A DNA stretch of 32,000 nucleotides from Coriobacteriales bacterium OH1046. Its GTDB lineage: Bacteria > Actinomycetota > Coriobacteriia > Coriobacteriales > Atopobiaceae. Below are positions 24,415 through 31,765 of the stretch, in pieces. The stretch lies in NCBI GenBank assembly GCA_004010535.1, contig RQYE01000009.1, forward strand, positions 1-32,000. Reading direction: 5' to 3'. The notes under the pieces are model-generated. The model saw nothing but the letters and a program-made list of their open reading frames with translations, searched no databases and was not told the DNA's origin. Every line of letters starts with the position of its first letter. The first letter of the stretch is position 1. A program made the translations under genes and the position numbers.

Positions 24415-24445
24415 ATGCTACATCCTCACGTTACGTGAGGGTCAA
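24415..24445 (-). promoter_or_regulatory. MerR/TipA-type promoter: -35 TTGACC, 19-nt spacer containing a 17-bp palindrome, -10 TAGCAT
   Basis: The minus strand reads TTGACC-CTCACGTAACGTGAGGATG-TAGCAT. The palindrome CCTCACGT-N-ACGTGAGG (24424-24440) closely resembles the Streptomyces tipA operator as I recall it. The over-long 19-nt spacer is the MerR hallmark. Confidence 0.65.
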
Positions 24446-24491
24446 GTGCTATTCTGATCCATCTACGCCGTACCCTACGCCCCTCTTATCA

Positions 24492-24537
24492 CCAGCAAGA
24501 CCCCCGGTGACTGTACAGTCACCGGGGGTCTTGCTGG
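24492..24537. repeat. 46-bp perfect GC-rich palindrome (23+23, no spacer)
   Basis: CCAGCAAGACCCCCGGTGACTGT|ACAGTCACCGGGGGTCTTGCTGG, checked base by base. There is no flanking T-tract on either strand. Confidence 0.9.
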
Positions 24538-24598
24538 GAACATGTCCCTTTAAGCCCTGCGCGGGAATCTTTCTCGGCGCGTTTCCCCAAGAAGGCTC

Positions 24599-24829
24599 TT
24601 ATCGACTGTACAGTCGCTGAAAGTCGTACTGGGAAAAGGAAAAGACCAGAGAGCAGCGTCTCCGGTCTTTTCCTCTGAACGCTAGTCGCGCGGACCTCAA
24701 GCCGACCGAAATCGCCATCAAGCCGACAGCGATGATAACGGGCAGGATGAGCCCCGTAAGCGAGCGATCCCCCGTTGAGGGGATGGCGGGATGATGCGTG
24801 TTCGTGATGTCGTATCCTTTGACGGTGCT
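24599..24829 (-). other. Out-of-frame continuation of the adhesin encoding the end of Cna-B unit 3 and a sortase sorting signal
   Basis: The alternative minus frame reads STVKGYDITNTHHPAIPSTGDRSLTGLILPVIIAVGLMAISVGLRSARLAFRGKDRRR... STVKGYDITNT parallels SATVSG..GFTITNT of unit 2. IPSTG (24770-24784) plus a hydrophobic helix and RSAR form a cell-wall sorting signal. This frame only stops at 24599, inside or after the terminator. Confidence 0.75.
24638..24673 (-). terminator. Rho-independent terminator of the adhesin gene
   Basis: The stem GGAAAAGACC(A)GAGA / TCTC(C)GGTCTTTTCC has a 6-nt loop and, on the minus strand, is followed by TTTTCCCAG. It lies 45 nt downstream of the frame-A stop at 24718. 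Confidence 0.65.
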
Positions 24830-27411
24830 GGATACCCGGGCACCGGATCCTCGGTCACGGTATATGCGACCTCGTGACCATCGGACGGATCGTACTTGTC
24901 CAAGCCGGTAAAACTATAGGACCAGCCATCGGCGGCGGTGACGGGCTTCTCGGCAATCTCGGCCCCATCGGCGAGAAGGTTGATCGTGATGGATGGGGGG
25001 CGGATGCCGTTGCGATCGTTATCATCAGCCCACGTCTTGGTACCGGAGATATCGACGGTTTCGCTATTGGTATTGGTAATGGTGAATCCGTCTGCCGCGT
25101 TGCCTGAGACCGTAGCCGAGTAATGCGGGACCAGATCCTCGGAAACCGTGTAGGCGATCTCGCTGCCGGTGACGGCATCGTACTTTCTCAAACCATTGAA
25201 GCTTCCCGTCCACGAAGTATCGGCTGACAGGATGATCGTCCTCTCCGTATCGACCCCATCGGCGAACAGATGGACCGTCACGGGATCCCCGACAGGACCG
25301 ACCCACGCTTTGGTGACCGCAACCGACGTGGATAAGATATTGGCAATCGTATAGCCCTCGGCCGCAGAACCCTCGACTACCGCCATGTAGCCCTCGGGGA
25401 CACGCTCCTCCACCGTGTAGGTGTATTCATGTCCGTTCGCATCGTTCTTGGGAAGATTCGCGAACGTCATGGACCAGTCGCCATCGTCATCGGGCTCCAT
25501 GATCTGATAGCCCACGTACTCGTCATCGCGGTAGAGGTTCACCTTGATAGAGGCCGGCCTGGTTCCATCCGGCTCGTCTGCGTCACTCCAGGTCTTAGAG
25601 ACGGTGATCTCGGTGGTCTCGACGGACTTGCCGATGAACACGCTGCCGTTGGAGCCGATGCCGCCGCCGCGCGTGACAGACGTGTTGCCGGTAATACGCA
25701 CCTTTATCAGGCCGAGCGCCCTCTGCACAGCGGGATCATCTGCGGCAAGATCGTTGCTGAGGGACAAGGTCTGATTGTAGAGGGCGCTCAACACGCCCTT
25801 GAGATCGTCAAGCGGGACCTCGGTGCCGTCGTCGTACATCCACTTATACGCACCCCCGCCGAGCATGGAGGGCGAGATCTCGTAAACGGGATCGCCGCTG
25901 TGGGCGCCCAAATAGGACGCCGCCAAGATGTAGAGCTCGCGTGCGTTGCCCTCGTCCGTGGTGTTACCGTAGAACGCCGCGCCGTTGGTCAGGCTGATCT
26001 CGGTGACCGAGACGGGGCAGGCGGCGTAACCGCCGCCCTCGGTTGCAGCGGAGTTGCCGGAGATCTCGACGTTGGCAAGGTAGAGCTCGCCGTTGTGGAA
26101 GGTGGTGTACATGCTCGAATAGCCGTTGACGTAGATGCCGCCCCCGCCGAACATGGGGCTGCCCTCGCCGGTTGCCGTCACGGAATTGCCGGTGATGTCT
26201 CCCGCCGTGATGTAGGCGATGGAGTAGGTGGGCGTCCCGCCGTTGCCCGACTCACTGTATCCCGCCTGCACGAAGATGCCGCCTCCGGAACTGCCGGCAG
26301 TGTTATCCGAGATGGTGCCGCCCGTCATGGTAAGCACCGGGCTATCCCATTCGGAGGCGTAATAGGTGCCCATCGAGATGCCGCCGCCGCGCTCGAAGGC
26401 GGAGTTGCTCGAGATGGTACCGCCGGAGAGGTTGGCGTCCGTACCGTTGGCGGCGCAGATGCCGCCGCCGCATCCGCCATAGCTCTCGGGAAGGGTGGAG
26501 CTGTTGCCCCGGATGGCGCGGTTGCCCGTGATGGTGCCGCTCGACATGTTGATGACCGAATCGTAGATGCCGTAGATGCCGCCGCCCAAGACGGCCTCGT
26601 TGTTGCGGATGGTACCGCCCTCCACGTTCACGGTGCTCCTGTTGGCGAAGATGGCGCCGCCGCCCTCGGGGTACCACACCCCGCGGCTCTCGATGTGGTT
26701 GTTCTGTAGAACAGAACCCTCGCCCACGGTCAGGGCGCTGCCCCCGTACACGCCGACGAGCGAGCCGCCGCCGCCATCACTGCCGGTAACCACGCCCGTC
26801 GCGCCGTCGCCGCTCCTGCCGTCGAGCACGATATTCCCTAGGGTGAGGATAGCTCCTGAGGAGAGCCGGACCAGCTCTCCGTGATAGCCATCGCCGCGTG
26901 CAAGGGTCTTGCCATCGAGGTCCCAAGTCCCGGTAACACCGCTCAGGGCGATCGCTCCCGTTACGTAGATGGTATCCCCTCCTGATACCTCGAGAAGCTC
27001 CTTAGCCTTCTCGAAGGTCTTGACAGGCTCCGCCTCGGTGCCCGGGTTGCCATCGTCGCCCGTCGAGCCGTTGACATAGACATTTGCGGGACCACGGTCC
27101 ATCGGCACGAGCAGGGGTATGCCGAGCGAGGATTCAGGATCGGCCTCCTGGACGACGCCTCCTTGGTCATCGGCGGGAACCGCCTGTCCCCCCTCCGAGG
27201 GACTGTCCATCTCCGATGGTTCTGGCGGTTCCAGATCCGGTGCATCTTCCGGACTGTCCGGCTCCGATGGATTGGAGGCAGGCTCTTGCTGGGACAGCTC
27301 AACGGCCGTCCCATCCCCTGTCTCCTCTGCTGCCACGCGCGTAGCCATTAGAGGAAGGCAGATGCTGATTGCCAAGATAGCGCCTAAGACACGGCAGAGG
27401 CTTCTCTTCAT
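24718..27411 (-). CDS. Large secreted surface protein/adhesin: signal peptide, acidic Pro/Glu/Ser-rich spacer, parallel beta-helix (Pmp-like GGGI/GGAI) repeats, three Cna-B-type domains; C-terminal sorting signal frameshifted
   Basis: Start at ATG 27411 (MKRSLCRVLGAILAISICLPLMATRVAAEE signal; AAGGGA RBS). The body contains many GGGI(Y/F)...G.TI.GGTIS.N.A repeats. Three units of the type TK.W.D....RP.SI.V.L..DG...TY.V.E..VP.Y follow. The last 37 codons of this frame (PAPSKDTTSRTRIIPPSPQRG...) are nonsense-like. Confidence 0.85.
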   Translation of the reverse strand: MKRSLCRVLGAILAISICLPLMATRVAAEETGDGTAVELSQQEPASNPSEPDSPEDAPDLEPPEPSEMDSPSEGGQAVPADDQGGVVQEADPESSLGIPLLVPMDRGPANVYVNGSTGDDGNPGTEAEPVKTFEKAKELLEVSGGDTIYVTGAIALSGVTGTWDLDGKTLARGDGYHGELVRLSSGAILTLGNIVLDGRSGDGATGVVTGSDGGGGSLVGVYGGSALTVGEGSVLQNNHIESRGVWYPEGGGAIFANRSTVNVEGGTIRNNEAVLGGGIYGIYDSVINMSSGTITGNRAIRGNSSTLPESYGGCGGGICAANGTDANLSGGTISSNSAFERGGGISMGTYYASEWDSPVLTMTGGTISDNTAGSSGGGIFVQAGYSESGNGGTPTYSIAYITAGDITGNSVTATGEGSPMFGGGGIYVNGYSSMYTTFHNGELYLANVEISGNSAATEGGGYAACPVSVTEISLTNGAAFYGNTTDEGNARELYILAASYLGAHSGDPVYEISPSMLGGGAYKWMYDDGTEVPLDDLKGVLSALYNQTLSLSNDLAADDPAVQRALGLIKVRITGNTSVTRGGGIGSNGSVFIGKSVETTEITVSKTWSDADEPDGTRPASIKVNLYRDDEYVGYQIMEPDDDGDWSMTFANLPKNDANGHEYTYTVEERVPEGYMAVVEGSAAEGYTIANILSTSVAVTKAWVGPVGDPVTVHLFADGVDTERTIILSADTSWTGSFNGLRKYDAVTGSEIAYTVSEDLVPHYSATVSGNAADGFTITNTNSETVDISGTKTWADDNDRNGIRPPSITINLLADGAEIAEKPVTAADGWSYSFTGLDKYDPSDGHEVAYTVTEDPVPGYPAPSKDTTSRTRIIPPSPQRGIARLRGSSCPLSSLSA
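24832..25614 (-). repeat. Three tandem Cna-B-type domain coding units (about 97, 89 and 75 codons)
   Basis: The units read ITVSKTWSDADEPDGTRPASIKVNLY...YTYTVEERVPEGY; VAVTKAWVGPVGDPVTVHLFADG...IAYTVSEDLVPHY; and ISGTKTWADDNDRNGIRPPSITINLLADG...VAYTVTEDPVPGY. Boundaries were derived by codon counting from the stop. Confidence 0.7.
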
Positions 27412-28063
27412 ACGGCATCCCTTCGTCAAGTCATTTTGCAAAGTGCGTTTATAGTGCGGTACCACGTAGTGAAGAAGAGCCGCTGAAGGATTCCTCTGGA
27501 CAAGCGGATTATCCCCTTCTACAGGGGAAAACGCAAGGCATCGGTCCTTATTCACGTTAACAGGCACTGCAAGGATGCACGCCGGGATTCTTGAGGGGCT
27601 CCGCCGATAGATTCTACGCCGAGGTGGCCGCCTTGCCCGACGTGGGCATAGGCCAGAGGCGGACGCACAGGTTCCGGGAGCATGATAAGCCGGATCCTAG
27701 GGGCGATAGGACGAAGCCGGTGTCAGGAGTCGACGACCAGCAAGGGCAGCCGTCATCTCCCTGCTGGGATCTTGGGGAAAAGCCCTCATGGAATAGGATG
27801 GGGAAGGCTGTCTGGCCGGGAACGCTTGCGTACCCCAACCTGAGAAGGCCGTTCCCCACCGTGGCCATATATCGCACGCGCACAGCTCCGAACTCTGCGC
27901 ATTCGGCAGGAGATCGGGGTATTCATCACCAAGGTCCCTATCGTCATCGGTATGGCTCGGGGCCTTCACAGGTCGGAAGCGCGCAGGCAGCTGCTTTCGT
28001 CAAAACGTGACCTGATCACATACGCACATAAACCGCTCTGGTATGGTTTAGCCTAGGAGGTGC

Positions 28064-28474
28064 ATGATGAAATATACGAAGATGCTGATCGCTGCCATAT
28101 TGATGGTTGCAGGCCTGCTCGCAGGATGCTCGCAGGAGAGTGCCCGAACCACGGATGACTCCGCAGGATATCGTCAGGTCACGGCCCAGGAGGCGAAGGA
28201 GCTCATGGATTCCGAGGAAGGGTACATCATCCTCGACGTCCGTACGGATGAGGAGTACGCCGGAGGGCACATCCCCGGTGCGATCCTGATCCCCCATGAC
28301 GATATCGCCAATCAGGCGGAGGAGACCCTTGCCGATAAGGACCAGCTGATCCTCGTCTATTGCCGCAGCGGAAACCGCAGCAGGCAGGCAGCCGAGGCGT
28401 TGGCGGAGCTCGGCTATACGAACGTCGTCGATTTCGGCGGGATCAACGACTGGCCCTACGAGATCGAGCGGTAG
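28064..28474 (+). CDS. Rhodanese-domain lipoprotein (sulfurtransferase-like)
   Basis: MMKYTKMLIAAILMVAGLLAGC gives a lipobox. The rhodanese fold shows YIILDVRTDEEYAGGHIPGAILIP and the active-site loop YCRSGNRS. The AGGAGG RBS ends at 28060, so ATG 28067 may be the true start. Confidence 0.85.
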   Translation: MMKYTKMLIAAILMVAGLLAGCSQESARTTDDSAGYRQVTAQEAKELMDSEEGYIILDVRTDEEYAGGHIPGAILIPHDDIANQAEETLADKDQLILVYCRSGNRSRQAAEALAELGYTNVVDFGGINDWPYEIER

Positions 28475-28868
28475 GGTTGCTCGGACCGATCATGCCCCTC
28501 CGACTAGATATCGAGATAGGCGGGGGATGACGAGCGCCCCATCCTTTCTTGCGTACGCAGTCGCCAAAAAAGCAAGAGACGACGAGAACGACGAAAGCCG
28601 GTATGCACACCAGCTTGGCGATAAGCCCCCGGGTAGCCACTGCGCGCACATCGTCGCATCGCCTCATACGGAAGGGCGCCGCCCGGCAACAGGCTCATCC
28701 CAGCGTGAGCAACGCCCACGCAATCTAAGAGGTCGTGCGCTCGTTCTTTGCGAGGGCAACCTTCGAGCCGATGGGAAGATACTGTACTGCACGAGCCGAT
28801 GCCTTGAAGGGCGAGGCCGAACTGAAAGCTTGGTTCGCGGCTGCCCTTGAGAATGGGGGTCAATACCT

Positions 28869-29234
28869 ATGGCAAGGATACAGATCAAGCGCGTCTACGA
28901 CCCGGCAGAGGAGGCGGACGGGACGCGTATCCTGATCGACCGCCTCTGGCCGCGCGGCATCAGGAAGGAGACCTTGAAGCTCGACGGGTGGCCGAAGGAG
29001 CTCGCGCCGTCCACCGAAGCGCGCAGGGAGTTCGACCATAAGGCCGAGAATTTCGATGCGTTCGCCTCCCGCTACCGCATGGAGCTCGACACGAGCGATG
29101 CCGCCAGGGCGTACATCGAAGTGCTGCGCACCCAGAGACCCCAAACGCTCACCCTCCTGTATGCGGCACGGGATCCACAGATCAACCATGCCGTCGTCCT
29201 GAAGCGGTGGCTCGATGAGCGGCTCGGGGATTGA
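28869..29234 (+). CDS. DUF488 (YeaO-like) family protein
   Basis: MARIQIKRVYDPAEEADGTRILIDRLWPRGIRKETLKLDGWPKELAPSTEARREF matches the YeaO/DUF488 N-terminal signature (IKRVYD....DG.R.LVDRLWPRG..K......W.KE.APS..LR.WF). Confidence 0.82.
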   Translation: MARIQIKRVYDPAEEADGTRILIDRLWPRGIRKETLKLDGWPKELAPSTEARREFDHKAENFDAFASRYRMELDTSDAARAYIEVLRTQRPQTLTLLYAARDPQINHAVVLKRWLDERLGD

Positions 29235-29488
29235 GCGCGCTACGATTGCTGCTCACCTCTTTTGCAAAAGAAGAAACTCTCCCGCACCTGCCACGGTGAG
29301 CATCGCCAACAAAGCCTCTCGAGCTTGCATGGTCAAATCCATCTTCGCTTAGATGATCAATGTCCCGCTGCAACAGACAAGGGCCATGGCTGTTCGCGCG
29401 GAGATGAGTCCGGTGATATCAAGCTAGACATGAGTGCGCCCCATTGCGATACCGATAAACTCATGCCCCAGATATTCTCAAACGTCCA

Positions 29489-30337
29489 TTACTCGCGATC
29501 CCTCTCACTCCAAGCAACCTTCCCATTTGAGTCAAGTCCCCAGATCTCATACAGTTCGTTGTAGAATTTTGGCCGTGGAAAGTCCGGTACCATCTCGCAT
29601 GCCATCTTATAGGTGCCATCCGGGTTCTTAAGCCTCCTGTTGTGGTTATCGATCTTCATCGCGGCGTCTATGCACAACTGGTCGAACATCTCGATGGGAA
29701 CCGTCAGGATGATTTCGTTCATCGGGCAAGCTCCCCTCGTCTCCTCCCCGGGATCGGGAATCGTCACCCAAGGACGCCGCGTCTTCATAGTAGGAATCGT
29801 CGACCAGAGACACGAATCAATGTAATCGAGTTCTGTCGCAAGCCGTTGCCCACTGCGAAGCTTGATTGCACCAATCATCCATCTGAGCTGCCGTAAATTG
29901 TCGCAATACATGAGCACAACGTCAGGATCGAATTCGCAGATATCTACTGGGCTAATCAGAACAACGTTCTCGTCGTTGCGGCTCAGCTTTGGCAACTCCT
30001 TGAAATTCTCAGCCGAGGCAGCCAAGTCTGCGATACCGTTGTTGCGTATCCCTATGTCGAACTCCCTTGTTCCAGGCTCCATGTCGACATGCCCAAAACC
30101 GATAAGCGGCTTCCAGCACCATTGGTCTTCTTTCGATAAGGCGACGGCGATATGCTTCTCCTTCACCATGGACATAAGCTGGCACATGGCATAATGCACG
30201 CCATCCTGCTTGAATGGTCTGTAGCAGTTCTTAGGAATCTTGTCTACGCCCTGCACAACAGCCACTGCGATGGGCGTATGGCTCATGGTCAGACCATCCA
30301 TGAGAACTTGGGCTCTACCAGCATGTTCCTTGTTCAT
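29489..30337 (-). CDS. DUF169 (COG2043) family protein
   Basis: PIAVAVVQG, YAMCQLM, and VLISPVDICEFDPDVVLMYCDNLRQLRWMIGAI match the DUF169 pattern as I recall it (PVAVKF ; YCQ ; V.V.PL....F.PDVVL....P.Q.M.L..A). GGAGAGGA RBS. It lies in an AT-richer region. Confidence 0.6.
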   Translation of the reverse strand: MNKEHAGRAQVLMDGLTMSHTPIAVAVVQGVDKIPKNCYRPFKQDGVHYAMCQLMSMVKEKHIAVALSKEDQWCWKPLIGFGHVDMEPGTREFDIGIRNNGIADLAASAENFKELPKLSRNDENVVLISPVDICEFDPDVVLMYCDNLRQLRWMIGAIKLRSGQRLATELDYIDSCLWSTIPTMKTRRPWVTIPDPGEETRGACPMNEIILTVPIEMFDQLCIDAAMKIDNHNRRLKNPDGTYKMACEMVPDFPRPKFYNELYEIWGLDSNGKVAWSERDRE

Positions 30338-30424
30338 ATAATCCTCTCCTTCTCGTCAAGGGGCCAATGTAGGAGCGCCGTTCTCAAAACCTCGTACGAG
30401 CTATTACGATAGAGCCCATACCCC

Positions 30425-31384
30425 CTAGCTCAAGGCATCATCGATGGAAAGTATTGTTGCCGCAGTTATTGAATTCGTTACCAGGGAGTTTACGAGCTTT
30501 CCCCTAAGCGCACCCAAAGCTGCTTCGGCCTTGCTAGGATCAGCCACGACAGCGATCCTCAGCGGAATCTTGAGCAATGCATCGGTAGTGATCGCAATCA
30601 TGCGATCATACACCTCGGGAACATCAATGATGTTACCTTCAATGTCGAAAAAATACCCAGCGATGCGGCCTACGGCTTTCTTTGCGTCAAGTTCGTCTAG
30701 TACATCGCATGAGACATATTGATTCCACCTGCTCTTGGAATGAATTCCTGTTAGCAGAATCGTGGAGTCAGACGCTATCGAAAGAGTGGTCTTAACCGCA
30801 GGCCGATTCATAAGTTGCTGACAAGTACGCGCGTCATCAACCATGAAGGGGACTGTCAAATAATGATGGTTGCATCCATAGAGCCCTGATACGCAATGCG
30901 CCAAGTCGAGGCCGTCTAGCTCCGGATTGGAACTCTCCGTCGCACCGACAACCTGAGTGACAGTCATATACGGCAAGAAACCAGTTGGATGAAGCTCGTG
31001 CACTGCCCCATAGACCGACTTTCCATAAGTCAACCCGAGGACTGTCTTGTTTGTGAATATCGAGTTCAGGTACGAACCGGCAAGCTTGGTTACTGCTGTG
31101 AAGTTATCATGCGTCGTACGGTTATCCGAATCGATTATCCTGACATCCTCCATTCCAAACTTATGAAGAAAGTCAAATTCGAGACGACGTATCCGCTCAT
31201 ATGGATAATGCACGACAATCTCAACGATACCCTCTTCGCGCGCCTGCATCAGGATTCGAGAGATGCTTGAACGCGACAGGAAAAGCTTCTTGCTAATCTG
31301 CTCCTGCGTATAATGCTCATCATAATAGAGGTGGGCTACACGGAATACTGTCTCTACATCCTTTCTGTTGCTACAACTATTCAA
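30425..31384 (-). CDS. SorC/DeoR(Bsu)/CggR-family sugar-binding transcriptional regulator
   Basis: The N-terminal HTH is VAHLYYDEHYTQEQISKKLFLSRSSISRILMQAREEGIVEI. The C-terminal sugar-phosphate-binding domain is about 250 aa. The only available start is TTG at 31384, with GGGAG 9 nt upstream. Confidence 0.82.
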   Translation of the reverse strand: MNSCSNRKDVETVFRVAHLYYDEHYTQEQISKKLFLSRSSISRILMQAREEGIVEIVVHYPYERIRRLEFDFLHKFGMEDVRIIDSDNRTTHDNFTAVTKLAGSYLNSIFTNKTVLGLTYGKSVYGAVHELHPTGFLPYMTVTQVVGATESSNPELDGLDLAHCVSGLYGCNHHYLTVPFMVDDARTCQQLMNRPAVKTTLSIASDSTILLTGIHSKSRWNQYVSCDVLDELDAKKAVGRIAGYFFDIEGNIIDVPEVYDRMIAITTDALLKIPLRIAVVADPSKAEAALGALRGKLVNSLVTNSITAATILSIDDALS

Positions 31385-31419
31385 ATTGAACCAGCTCCCT
31401 AATCGTTAGTAGTGATATT

Positions 31420-31459
31420 TTTTCTTGATAGTACGCATCTTGTCGTACTATCAAGAAAA
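31420..31459. promoter_or_regulatory. AT-rich inverted repeat (16-bp arms, 8-nt spacer) upstream of the SorC-family gene; candidate operator
   Basis: TTTTCTTGATAGTACG-CATCTTGT-CGTACTATCAAGAAAA lies 36-75 nt upstream of the regulator start. The flanking T/A runs are arranged so that no U-tail follows the stem. Confidence 0.4.
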
Positions 31460-31765
31460 TTCTCCACTACTCCGTTTGCCGGTTAGCAAACACCGTTCAT
31501 CGGCTTTGTCTAGATACGTTCCTGTATCGGCGGCAGATTACAGACGCTACGCCTCTGAAATCGGACCTGTCTATCCACAGACAAGGAGCTCGAACTTCCG
31601 GCTGGTGCAACAGTTTGCGCTTTATCCCATCGTCATTGGAAAATACGAAGGATTGGGCATCCGGCAATAAGAACATCTGACCCTTTGATGCACTAATCCG
31701 CTGATACACTGTACTTTTTGTATCTCCCCCAGAGCCTAAACACCCTAGGGGAGACGCACCTGATG

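Noticed and set aside
25429-26709. 426-aa plus-strand ORF inside the adhesin gene
   Set aside because: It is antisense to the Gly-rich beta-helix repeat region. The repetitive GGN/NCC codons keep the opposite frame open.
27560-28010. Attempted to classify the gene-free region as RNase P RNA, tmRNA, a cobalamin riboswitch or a c-di-GMP riboswitch
   Set aside because: - RNase P: the minus strand has CCGGCTTATC, reminiscent of the RNase P 3' region, but no GAGGAAAGTCCGGGC-type core.
- tmRNA: the plus strand starts GGGGCTCC..ATTCTAC, but there is no GGTTCGA..CCACCA 3' end.
- Cobalamin riboswitch: GAAGCCGGTG and GTCAGGAGTC resemble cobalamin-box fragments but lack the surrounding conserved blocks.
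- c-di-GMP riboswitch: GGGGTACGCAAGCG..CCCGGCC only loosely recalls GEMM-I.

No class is supported by eye. The region is kept as an unexplained finding instead.
28443-28863. ORFs in the rhodanese-DUF488 spacer: 74-aa minus with a hydrophobic stretch, 119-aa minus and 107-aa plus
   Set aside because: They overlap one another and the rhodanese 3' end. None has an RBS or a recognisable motif. They are possibly remnants of a decayed gene, but I cannot support any call.
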